Shown here in pieces: positions 18,464 through 26,589 of a stretch of DNA of 64,000 nucleotides. This DNA is from Clostridia bacterium (GTDB lineage Bacteria > Bacillota > Clostridia > Oscillospirales > CAG-272). The first letter of the stretch is position 1; the number at the start of each line of letters is the position of its first letter. The translations under genes were made by a program, and so were the position numbers. The DNA lies in contig JAFTUH010000066.1 of assembly GCA_017466375.1 (NCBI GenBank), positions 18,038 to 82,037 of the forward strand. The letters are read 5' to 3'. The notes under the pieces were generated by a model. It had not been told where the DNA came from. It did not search any database and saw only the letters and a list, made by a program, of their open reading frames with translations.

Positions 18464-19153
18464 ATGAAAACTCTGTACACGGGTAAAACCAAAAACGTAC
18501 TTCTGGACGAAGAAAACGGCATTGTCAATCTGTTTTTCAAAGATGACATGACCGGCGAAAACGGCAACTTCGATCCCGGTTCCAACACGGTCGGCGGCTC
18601 CGTTGCCGGCAAGGGCAAGATCGGTCTTGCACTCTCCAAGTACTTCTTTGAACTGATGGAAAAGAACGGCATCCCGACGCACTATCTCGGCGCGGATGTG
18701 GAAAAAGGACTCATGCAGGTCCGTAAGCTCACCGTTCCGAAGCTGGAGTTCGTACTCCGCTACTTCACCGCAGGAAGCATGTGCCGCCGCTTCACACTGG
18801 AGGAAGGCATCGTATTCGATCCGCCGTACACCGAGGTCACACTGAAGGATGACATCCAGGGCGATCCGCTGATCAGCGAGCGTCTCTGCATCATGAAGGG
18901 ACTGCTCAAAGAGGGTCAGTACGACGAGGCGCTTGGCATTCTCGTGCGCGTTGGTGAAGTGCTGAAGAAGGAACTCGCACCGATGGGTCTGACGCTGATC
19001 GATTTCAAGATCGAGGTCGGTTATGACGAGAACGGCAAGATGTACGTGGCAGACGAGATCACGCCCGACATCTGGCGCGTGCGCGACGAGAACGGCAACA
19101 TCCCGAACCAGATCGACTGCGCAAATCTGCTCCTCAAGAAGATGAATATCTGA
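18464..19153 (+). CDS. purC: Phosphoribosylaminoimidazole-succinocarboxamide (SAICAR) synthase
   Basis: 229 aa starting MKTLYTGKTKNV. The motifs DFKIEVG and ADEITPD are typical of short PurC. Confidence 0.93.
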   Translation: MKTLYTGKTKNVLLDEENGIVNLFFKDDMTGENGNFDPGSNTVGGSVAGKGKIGLALSKYFFELMEKNGIPTHYLGADVEKGLMQVRKLTVPKLEFVLRYFTAGSMCRRFTLEEGIVFDPPYTEVTLKDDIQGDPLISERLCIMKGLLKEGQYDEALGILVRVGEVLKKELAPMGLTLIDFKIEVGYDENGKMYVADEITPDIWRVRDENGNIPNQIDCANLLLKKMNI

Positions 19154-19154
19154 T

Positions 19155-19190
19155 AAAAATACCGCTGTCCATACGGACAGCGGTGTTTTC
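19155..19190 (+). terminator. Terminator hairpin, copy 1 of a thrice-repeated element
   Basis: AAAAATA-CCGCTGTCCATACGGACAGCGGTG-TTTTC. Core at 19162-19185. Confidence 0.85.
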
Positions 19191-19249
19191 ATAAAATCTG
19201 TTACCAAATCCGAAACTTGCACACTATATGGATGAAAGGAGGCGAGAGA

Positions 19250-20788
19250 ATGGCGCACGCAAGCGGCACACCCGAAGCATTGATTGCAGACTTTACGGAA
19301 AACTATATGGAAAAGCTCTTTTACTTCTGTCTCAAAAAAACAGGAAACAGCCTTGATGCAGAAGATTTGACGCAGGATATTGCACTGCATATTCTGACCG
19401 GACTGAACAAAGGCACGATTCCTGTTAATTTTCCGGCATGGGTATGGCAGATCGCACGCAACCGTTACGCTGTATGGGCAGACAGAAAGCACAAAAAAGC
19501 CGACGCGGTTACCGGTACCGACATCGGCGATTATGAAATTGCTGACGAAACCGAAAGCACGCTTGATACGATGATACGGGAGGAACAGCTCTCCGCGCTC
19601 AGACGTGAGCTTGCATTTATCGAGCGTGAATACCGAAACGTCATTGTCGCCTACTACATCGAGGACAAAAGCGTCCGCGAGATCGCCGCGGCTCTCTCCC
19701 TTTCCGTTCCCGCAGTAAAGCAGCGCCTTTACCGGGCAAGAAATATTCTGAAAGAAGGTATGAGTATGGCAAGAGAATTTGGTAAACGAAGCTACAAGCC
19801 GGAGCAGGTGACTTTTGTGATGAACGGCAAAAGCGGAACCAACGGTCAGCCCTGGTCCATCATTACCCATTCGATGTACAAAAACATTTTCCTGGAGACG
19901 TATGAAAATCCACAGACGGCGGAAGAGATTTCACTCGCGCTGGGCATCGCGCTTCCGTACATGGAGGACGAGCTTGCCTTTTTGGTCAGAGAGCAGCTCC
20001 TTCGCAAAAACGGAAACAAATATCAGCCCGATTTCCCCATCATCAGCCGGGAAGAACAGCTCCGCGAACACGAGCTTTGGAATCAGCTCAAAAAGCCTGT
20101 TACGGAAAAGCTGTGCCTGCTGATTGATACCTACATGAAAGCCGGCGGAGCTAAAGTAAATGCTTCGCATATCGGGTATGACGCGGCAAAATGGGCATTG
20201 CTCGTTCGTACGTTTGATTGGTTTATAAATTCGGTGCATACGACAGGCTCGTCCAACATCGAAACTCCTGTTCGTCCGGATGACGGTGCATGGACATTGA
20301 CCGGCTATGAATCGATCGATTGGGAAGAGCCTGCCTTCGTTGGTATGCACACAGTATCCTATGATGAATCCGAGGGCAAAAAATACATTAATTTCGGTCA
20401 GTACAAATTCTTCTATAACAATATTCACACAAAAACACCCATCTTTTTGACTTGGCACGAAGCATACACGCTTTGGCTTGTGTGCACGGAGAATACGGAA
20501 ACGTGTGAGAAGAACTATCTCGAAAAAATGCTTGAATACGGTTATATCAAACAGGAAAATGCCGAGATTCTGCCGAACGTCCTCATTATTGACGCAAATG
20601 CCAAGGAAACATACAGCGAAGCTGTGCGTGCCGAGTTGAGATCTCTGCGGGATGAAATCGCAGATTTGCTTGCAAAAGCGCCCAACACGATGCGCGGATA
20701 CATCGTAGAGCAGGCAATCGCGGACGGCTGGCTAAAAGATGATGAAGCCACGCCCGCCACCATCGGCGCATACATGTATCTGGAGTAA
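19250..20788 (+). CDS. Sigma-70 family (ECF-like) RNA polymerase sigma factor with a roughly 330-aa C-terminal extension
   Basis: ATG 19250 has GGAGG upstream. Region 2 (DAEDLTQDIALHIL..FPAWVWQIARNRY) and region 4 (SVREIAAALSLSVPAVKQRLYRARNILK) fall within the first ~180 aa. About 330 further residues have no TM segment. Confidence 0.8.
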   Translation: MAHASGTPEALIADFTENYMEKLFYFCLKKTGNSLDAEDLTQDIALHILTGLNKGTIPVNFPAWVWQIARNRYAVWADRKHKKADAVTGTDIGDYEIADETESTLDTMIREEQLSALRRELAFIEREYRNVIVAYYIEDKSVREIAAALSLSVPAVKQRLYRARNILKEGMSMAREFGKRSYKPEQVTFVMNGKSGTNGQPWSIITHSMYKNIFLETYENPQTAEEISLALGIALPYMEDELAFLVREQLLRKNGNKYQPDFPIISREEQLREHELWNQLKKPVTEKLCLLIDTYMKAGGAKVNASHIGYDAAKWALLVRTFDWFINSVHTTGSSNIETPVRPDDGAWTLTGYESIDWEEPAFVGMHTVSYDESEGKKYINFGQYKFFYNNIHTKTPIFLTWHEAYTLWLVCTENTETCEKNYLEKMLEYGYIKQENAEILPNVLIIDANAKETYSEAVRAELRSLRDEIADLLAKAPNTMRGYIVEQAIADGWLKDDEATPATIGAYMYLE

Positions 20789-20866
20789 CAATCGCATCCT
20801 GTCAGGGGTATCAAAGTACTATCCCGATAAACAAGGCTGAGCGGGTACAAAAATGCTCAGCCAAAC

Positions 20867-20903
20867 AAAAACGCCGCTGTCCATACGGGCAGCGGTGTTT
20901 TTA
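20867..20903 (+). terminator. Terminator hairpin, copy 2 of the repeated element
   Basis: AAAAACG-CCGCTGTCCATACGGGCAGCGGTG-TTTTTA. Core at 20874-20897. Preceded by a second hairpin, GGCTGAGC / GCTCAGCC, at 20835-20862. Confidence 0.85.
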
Positions 20904-20962
20904 TATCCGAACAGTACGTCCTTCTGATACAAAACGGACAAAACGACTCGCCGAATTGCACA

Positions 20963-20991
20963 TTTACAACCGGCTTCCTTTTTGGTATACT
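20963..20991 (+). promoter_or_regulatory. Sigma-70-type promoter for the membrane-protein/XRE operon
   Basis: TTTACA (20963-68), 17 nt, TGgTATACT (-10 hexamer at 20986-91). Confidence 0.6.
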
Positions 20992-21021
20992 ATTGGTATG
21001 ACAGCAGAAAGGAATCACCGC

Positions 21022-21555
21022 ATGAAACGAATTCTTTGGAATATTACCCTTTCGTCCATTATCACGCTGGTCGCGTATATCGCGCTATTTGCCTTCTGGG
21101 GCGCGTTCTTTCTCGAGATTGAGGATCAGACGCTCCGCTTGTTTATGATTTCTCTAATGACAACGGTTGTATACGCATGGGTGCTCTTGTATTTTGTAAA
21201 AAAGCGCGACGGCTCAGGCGAAGACGAAGTATACAACGATTACCACGACACGCAGTACCACTCCTTCGCAAACGATTTCAAGACCGTCATCCGGCGTGAA
21301 AAAAAGCTTCTCCTTACGATCGCCGTAATAATCGCAGTGTGCTTCGCGCTGAACGTGTTTGACGATCTTGTCATGAAGCAAAAAACGATTTCCCATGCCG
21401 CGTTTATTTTCATTCCATTGTTTATCTTAGCCTCCGCCTTCAAAATCCCCGTTGTCGGATACGTACTGAGTGCCGTTTTTGTGTGCGTGCTGTATCTCGC
21501 GTTTCTCCTGCTGTACCGCAGAAAGATTTATAACAAATGGATAAAAAACAAGTGA
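21022..21555 (+). CDS. Polytopic membrane protein of unknown function (177 aa)
   Basis: ORF 20956-21555. ATG 21022 is downstream of the promoter and has a GAAAGGAA RBS. Four to five hydrophobic helices. I can name no family. Confidence 0.55.
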   Translation: MKRILWNITLSSIITLVAYIALFAFWGAFFLEIEDQTLRLFMISLMTTVVYAWVLLYFVKKRDGSGEDEVYNDYHDTQYHSFANDFKTVIRREKKLLLTIAVIIAVCFALNVFDDLVMKQKTISHAAFIFIPLFILASAFKIPVVGYVLSAVFVCVLYLAFLLLYRRKIYNKWIKNK

Positions 21556-21562
21556 GGGTAAC

Positions 21563-22621
21563 ATGCCGCTGAACGATAAACTGAGAGAATTGCGCAAAGA
21601 GCGTGAGATTACGCAGGAAGCCGTCGCTGAACAGCTCGGTGTTTCCGCACAGACGGTATCCAAATGGGAACGCGGTCTTCTGTCGCCGGATATCCTGCTT
21701 CTCCCCAAAATTGCGCTGCTGTTCCGCTGCTCCATCGATTCGCTGTTCGCCATGGACGCCGCGTGGAGCGCAGATCACCGACGGGAATTTGAAAAACAGA
21801 TTCACGATCTTCATGCCCGAAAGGATTGGGAAGGCATATACGATGCGTGGATACGGGAGATCGAACTGAATCCGGATCATTATATGAACTACGCCGACGT
21901 AATGCTGCACGTACTGCGCAAAGAACTGTTTGACGATGAACGTATCCTGCAGATGCTGTCCCTTGCCGAGCATGCCGAGAAATGCTGCACGGACGATGCC
22001 CTCCGCAACGAAATCTATCGGATCATGCTGCAGATCTGCGCAAAATCGACGAACGAAAAGATCAAAAGAAAAGCGCAGTACTACTATCAAAAGCTTCCCA
22101 TGATCCAGCACAGCCGTGAGATTTACGCCGGGTGCGTCCTGTCCGGCGACGCATACGATAATCAGATCAAATATAATGTCATCTATTTCATCAATCTGGC
22201 AGAATGCGCTGTCCGACAGCTGATACATCCCGATATGCCGCCAGAGGAGAAAATCCTCCGCTATCAAAAAGCGGCGGCACTGTACGAGACAGTGCTCGAC
22301 GGTAAATACGGCGGATTCTGGGATGTGCCTCTGCTCGGGAATTACCGAATGATCGCTTCCCTATACACGCAGATCGGTGACACAGAGAACGCTGCTGTAT
22401 ACATGCAACGAATTTTTGACACGGTGGAGCGGCATCTGTCCGAATCGGTGAAACAGGATATCTCCGTCCTGCTTCATGCCACGTCCCTTCCGAACACGAC
22501 GCCGGCAGAAACAAGCGTGAAGAAACTCCTTCGCTGTATGCTGAAGGAGATGCTGTTCAAACCGTATTCGCGCGAAATCGCCGATCTTCTCAAGCGATAC
22601 ACCGACCGTTATCCGGATTAA
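21563..22621 (+). CDS. XRE-family helix-turn-helix regulator with a long helical-repeat (TPR-like) C-terminal domain
   Basis: N-terminus LRELRKEREITQEAVAEQLGVSAQTVSKWERG (Cro/C1 HTH). About 285 aa of helical repeats follow. Starts 8 nt after the preceding gene. Confidence 0.8.
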   Translation: MPLNDKLRELRKEREITQEAVAEQLGVSAQTVSKWERGLLSPDILLLPKIALLFRCSIDSLFAMDAAWSADHRREFEKQIHDLHARKDWEGIYDAWIREIELNPDHYMNYADVMLHVLRKELFDDERILQMLSLAEHAEKCCTDDALRNEIYRIMLQICAKSTNEKIKRKAQYYYQKLPMIQHSREIYAGCVLSGDAYDNQIKYNVIYFINLAECAVRQLIHPDMPPEEKILRYQKAAALYETVLDGKYGGFWDVPLLGNYRMIASLYTQIGDTENAAVYMQRIFDTVERHLSESVKQDISVLLHATSLPNTTPAETSVKKLLRCMLKEMLFKPYSREIADLLKRYTDRYPD

Positions 22622-22657
22622 AAACACCGCTGTCCATACGGGCAGCGGTGTTCTTTC
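22621..22657 (+). terminator. Terminator hairpin, copy 3 of the repeated element
   Basis: AAAAACA-CCGCTGTCCATACGGGCAGCGGTG-TTCTTTC. Core at 22627-22650. Confidence 0.8.
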
Positions 22658-22744
22658 GTCAGCGATTACTGCCCGACCCGAAAGGCGGTACGCACGGATG
22701 TACAAAAAAGATTGCAGGACATACGTTTTCGGATGGCAAAAACC

Positions 22745-22773
22745 TTGCATATCCGTGAAAAAAATGGTATAAT
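22745..22773 (+). promoter_or_regulatory. Sigma-70-type promoter for the AEC transporter gene
   Basis: TTGCAT (22745-50), 17 nt, TGgTATAAT (-10 hexamer at 22768-73). Confidence 0.6.
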
Positions 22774-22821
22774 AATAAAGTTGGGCATAACAACATACAC
22801 TGCACGGAAGGAAAAGCGCGC

Positions 22822-23754
22822 ATGAACTTATCCTGGATTATCATACAGAAAATCTTCACGATGTTTCTTTTGACGCTGGCAGGCTTTATCTGCACAAAAG
22901 CAGGCATTATCGATACAAACACAGGAAAAAAACTGTCCGTGCTTTCCCTGAAGCTCATAACGCCCATGCTGATCTTTTCTTCCTATCACATGGAGTATGA
23001 TGCCCGTATCGTCAAAAATCTCGGCATCTCATTTCTGCTCGTTTTTCTGGCGTATGCCATCCAGATCCCCCTTGCCTTTCTGCTCGCCCGCAAGAGCAAA
23101 AACGGCGGCAATCGGCACAATCTGGAGCGGTTATGCCTCATTTTCACCAACTGCGGTTTCTTCGGAATCCCGCTTATCAACGGCCTGTACGGGGAGGAGG
23201 GCGTTGTATACCTCACCGCATTTTTCACCGTCTTCAATATCCTGATCTGGATTCTCGGCGTTCCTCTGCTCACAGGCAAGTCGTCTCAAAAGGATACGCT
23301 CAAAAACATCATCTCTCCCGCAACTGTCGCTTCTCTTCTCGGACTCATCACACTGCTACTGCGAATCAGACTGCCCGCTATCATCATCGAGCCGATTGAG
23401 ATGATCGGTTCCATGAATACGCCGTTTGCGATGATCGTAGCCGGCTCCTCCATCGCCATGACGAAATGGAGCACGGGACTGCAGAATCCGCGCCTTTATT
23501 ACATCACGGCGTGCAAAAATCTGATTATTCCTGCTGTCGCTGTATGTATCTATGCGCTCTTACCGCTGGAGCCTATGCTGATTATGATCCCGATTTTCGC
23601 GATCGCCTGCCCCGTCGCCGCCGCCTGTCCCATGTTTTCCGTCATGTACGACCAGGACACGGACTACGCCTCGCAGCTGTTCGCCGTGACAACGCTTCTG
23701 TCAATCCTCACGATCCCGCTGATCTATCTGCTTGCATCATCTCTCGGTGTATAA
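22822..23754 (+). CDS. AEC (auxin efflux carrier) family transporter
   Basis: 310 aa with about 10 TM segments. N-terminus of the KIFTMFLLTLAGFICTKAGII type and overall layout match the Mem_trans family. Confidence 0.8.
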   Translation: MNLSWIIIQKIFTMFLLTLAGFICTKAGIIDTNTGKKLSVLSLKLITPMLIFSSYHMEYDARIVKNLGISFLLVFLAYAIQIPLAFLLARKSKNGGNRHNLERLCLIFTNCGFFGIPLINGLYGEEGVVYLTAFFTVFNILIWILGVPLLTGKSSQKDTLKNIISPATVASLLGLITLLLRIRLPAIIIEPIEMIGSMNTPFAMIVAGSSIAMTKWSTGLQNPRLYYITACKNLIIPAVAVCIYALLPLEPMLIMIPIFAIACPVAAACPMFSVMYDQDTDYASQLFAVTTLLSILTIPLIYLLASSLGV

Positions 23755-23823
23755 TTTTCTACAACCGTCTAAATAAGCTGAAGTCAAAGACACCTGTCTA
23801 AATCCGTTATCAAAGGAGCATCT

Positions 23824-24441
23824 ATGGCTAAAGTACAATGGAAAGGCGGCACTCTGCTCGGTCCCGTACCGCCGACGATGGTTACGTGCGGCACGATGGA
23901 GGAATCCAACATTATCACGATTGCCTGGACGGGAATTGTGAACACGATTCCGCCGAAGACGTACATCTCCATCCGTCCGACGCGCCACTCCTACGGCATC
24001 ATCAAAAAGAGCGGTGAATTCGCCATTCATCTGACCCCGCAGTCGCTTGTCCGTGCTGCCGATACCTGCGGCGTTTTCACCGGACGGAAGGTCGATAAAT
24101 TTGCCCGCTGCGGCTTGACCAAGGAGCCGAGCGCGTTTGTCTCCTGCCCTCTGATCGCGGAGGCACCGCTTTCCCTCGCCTGCCGCGTCACGGATATCAT
24201 CCCGATGGGATCGCACGATATGTTCCTTGCTGACATCGTGGGCGTTGAGGTAGATCCCGCACTGATCGATCCGAGCGGCAAGCTCTGCCTTGACCGTGCA
24301 AATCTGGCGGCGTATCTGCACGGCGAATACTACGCCCTCGGCAAATCGCTCGGTACATTCGGATTCTCTGTGAAGAAAAAGACGAAGCCGCACGCAAAAA
24401 AGGCACCTGCCGAAAACAAGAAGCGTGCACCGAAAAAATGA
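23824..24441 (+). CDS. Flavin reductase-like (FMN-binding split-barrel) protein with a lysine-rich tail
   Basis: PVPPTMVTCG..NIITIAWTG resembles the flavin_reduct domain. The C-terminal 25 aa are KKKTKPHAKKAPAENKKRAPKK. Confidence 0.8.
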   Translation: MAKVQWKGGTLLGPVPPTMVTCGTMEESNIITIAWTGIVNTIPPKTYISIRPTRHSYGIIKKSGEFAIHLTPQSLVRAADTCGVFTGRKVDKFARCGLTKEPSAFVSCPLIAEAPLSLACRVTDIIPMGSHDMFLADIVGVEVDPALIDPSGKLCLDRANLAAYLHGEYYALGKSLGTFGFSVKKKTKPHAKKAPAENKKRAPKK

Positions 24442-24491
24442 GCGCAAAAAAGCGCCCGCCCCTCTAGGCAGACGCAGTTTCGGTTGTTCCC

Positions 24492-24794
24492 TTATTCGGT
24501 GACGGCGCTCTCCTCGGCAAACGACTCAGCCTCTGCCTTGGCAAGCTCCTCATGATACGCGGCAATCACGCTCTCCTCAAGATCTGCGCGGAATGACGCA
24601 TTGATCGGGTGCACGATATCGCGGTACGTACCGTCCGGGTTCTTGCGGCTCGGCATGACGATAAAGTATTTCTCCCGTGCGTAGATCACCTTGATGTCAT
24701 GCAGTGCGAGCTGTCCGTCAAAGGTAACGGAGACGACCGCTTTCATCGGTCCCTCCTCAAAAAGTTTGCGGATCTTGATATCGGTTATCTCCAT
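24492..24794 (-). CDS. spoVG: Septation/regulatory protein SpoVG
   Basis: 100 aa starting MEITDIKIRKL, with KAVVSVTFDG..LHDIKVI..FIVMPSRK..DIVHPIN. Confidence 0.95.
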   Translation of the reverse strand: MEITDIKIRKLFEEGPMKAVVSVTFDGQLALHDIKVIYAREKYFIVMPSRKNPDGTYRDIVHPINASFRADLEESVIAAYHEELAKAEAESFAEESAVTE

Positions 24795-25028
24795 TGTTTT
24801 TTCCTCCCGGTGTTACACCTGAATTACGCTTACGATACGGGACACAGCCTGTCCCTGCATCCTGTATATAGTATACAATACGAATATGACAAATATTCAA
24901 CGCGGATGGAAGTTTTTTTTGAATTTACTATTTATTTTTTATAAATCAGCCGTATAATAAACGTGAACAAAAAAAGAAGACCATTCACAATTCGTAAACA
25001 AAATCCACATTTTTCCGGAGGTTTGGTT

Positions 25029-26444
25029 ATGGCTTTGCCCAATACCCATTTCGGCGCGGAGAAGATTGCCGCGTGGCTCCCCTCCCCTAAAAAGATCTTT
25101 TTCGCCGGTATCGGCGGCGTCAGCATGAATTCGCTCGCGCATATCACGCACCTGCGCGGACATACAGTCTCAGGGTATGACCGCACGCCGTCCGCACTCA
25201 CGAAGCAGCTTGAGGCACTCGGCATTGATATCCGGTACGAAGCGGATGCATCTCACGTTGCCGACGCGGATATGCTCGTCTATACCGTGGCGATCCCTGC
25301 CGATCTGCCTGAATACGCGGAGGCGTGCCGGCGCGGGATTCCCGTCGTCTCCCGTGCGGACTACCTCGGCTACATCATGAGCGGATACAACCGCCGTATC
25401 GGTGTCAGCGGCATGCACGGCAAAAGCACGACGACAGCCATGCTCGAGTGCGTATTCCGTGTGGCGGGACTGGATCCGACCGTAAGCTGCGGCGCACCGA
25501 TGAAGGACGCTGATAACCGCTGTGACCGCATCGGCGGGGAGGATTTCTTCATTTTCGAAGCGTGCGAATACATGGATTCGTTCCTTGATTTCTACCCGAC
25601 GGATGCCGTTGTGCTGAATATTGAAATGGATCATCCCGACTACTTCCGCGATCTGGCACAGATTGAGACATCGTTCAAAAACTTCATGGCACGGACGGGC
25701 GCAGACGGCACGGTGTATCTGAATGCGGGCGACGAGAACGTCATGCTTGCCGCCGAGGGATACAGCGGCCGCATTGTCACGTTCGGCGTAGAGCACGCGG
25801 AGGCGGACTACAACGCTGTTGATATTTCGTTTGACGGTGGACTTCCCTCTTTCACGATCCGCAAAGGCGGTGAAGAAATCTGCCGCGTGAAAATGCAGGT
25901 GCCCGGTACCCACAGCGTTTGCGATGCCGTTGCCGCCGCTGCCGTGGCTCTCGAATGCGGTATTCCGCCGCACGCAGTGGAGGACGCACTTGCGCAATTT
26001 GCCGGGGCATCCCGGCGTATGGATTACCGCGGAAAAACTGCCGCCGGTGCGGATGTATACGACGATTACGCACATCATCCGACCGAGATCGACGCGACGC
26101 TGAAGGCGGCTCTTGCTATGCAGCCGGATCGGCTGTTCTGCGTATTCCAGCCGCACACCTACTCGCGCACGAAGGAGCTGTTCAACGATTTCGCGGACGC
26201 GCTCGCTGCCGACGGCGTATGCGAGGTGATCGTTGCGGATATTTACACGGCAAGGGAAACCGACTCCCTCGGCGTATCATCTGCCCTGCTTGCCGAAGCG
26301 ATCCGCACACGCGGTGCCAACTGCCGTGCCGTTTCCGATACGGAGGCAATCGCTTCGTATCTGCGTGCGGAATGCCGCCGCGGTGACACAATCCTTGTGA
26401 TGGGTGCGGGCGACATCAGTGCGCTGTGCCAGAAGCTCGTCTGA
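25029..26444 (+). CDS. murC: UDP-N-acetylmuramate--L-alanine ligase
   Basis: ORF 24963-26444. ATG 25029 has GGAGG 7 nt upstream. Motifs FAGIGGVSMNSLA, GVSGMHGKSTTTAM and DDYAHHPTEI. Confidence 0.93.
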   Translation: MALPNTHFGAEKIAAWLPSPKKIFFAGIGGVSMNSLAHITHLRGHTVSGYDRTPSALTKQLEALGIDIRYEADASHVADADMLVYTVAIPADLPEYAEACRRGIPVVSRADYLGYIMSGYNRRIGVSGMHGKSTTTAMLECVFRVAGLDPTVSCGAPMKDADNRCDRIGGEDFFIFEACEYMDSFLDFYPTDAVVLNIEMDHPDYFRDLAQIETSFKNFMARTGADGTVYLNAGDENVMLAAEGYSGRIVTFGVEHAEADYNAVDISFDGGLPSFTIRKGGEEICRVKMQVPGTHSVCDAVAAAAVALECGIPPHAVEDALAQFAGASRRMDYRGKTAAGADVYDDYAHHPTEIDATLKAALAMQPDRLFCVFQPHTYSRTKELFNDFADALAADGVCEVIVADIYTARETDSLGVSSALLAEAIRTRGANCRAVSDTEAIASYLRAECRRGDTILVMGAGDISALCQKLV

Positions 26445-26453
26445 TCGTTTTTT

Positions 26454-26520
26454 ATGTGAAAATCTTCGCCGAAAAATGTGAAATTTCTCGGAAATCGTGT
26501 TGACATTCGTATGTGAAATA
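26454..26520 (+). repeat. Three direct copies of ATGTGAAAW spanning the DeoR-gene promoter
   Basis: ATGTGAAAA at 26454, ATGTGAAAT at 26476 and ATGTGAAAT at 26511. The third copy lies in the spacer between the -35 and -10 elements. Confidence 0.7.
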
Positions 26521-26529
26521 TGTTAAAAT
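26500..26529 (+). promoter_or_regulatory. Sigma-70-type promoter for the DeoR regulator / dehydrogenase cluster
   Basis: TTGACA (26500-05), 18 nt, TGtTAAAAT (-10 hexamer at 26524-29). Confidence 0.55.
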
Positions 26530-26589
26530 ATATCAGATTGAGATTTCGACGCAGAGATTTCTGCAAAATCCGGGAAAGGATGTGCGAAC

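Noticed and set aside
15904-18672. A 922-aa minus-strand ORF.
   Set aside because: Same mechanism as the 1425-aa ORF. It is the codon-aligned antisense of the PurO-like gene (15937) and fhs (16675), which are both congruent to 1 mod 3. It closes as soon as it enters purC, which is in a different frame.
22698-22772. A 24-codon ORF (MYKKDCRTYVFGWQKPCISVKKMV) downstream of the XRE/TPR-like regulator, considered as a possible RRNPP-type signalling propeptide.
   Set aside because: It has no signal sequence or hydrophobic N-terminus, only a weak RBS, and it overlaps the AEC-transporter promoter. The evidence is not sufficient to call it a gene.
24795-25028. A sigma-H-type promoter for spoVG, as in Bacillus, within the spoVG-murC divergent region.
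   Set aside because: I could not find an AGGAWWT-N14-GAAT arrangement. Only AT-rich sequence and two small hairpins in the spoVG leader are present, so no promoter is called here.
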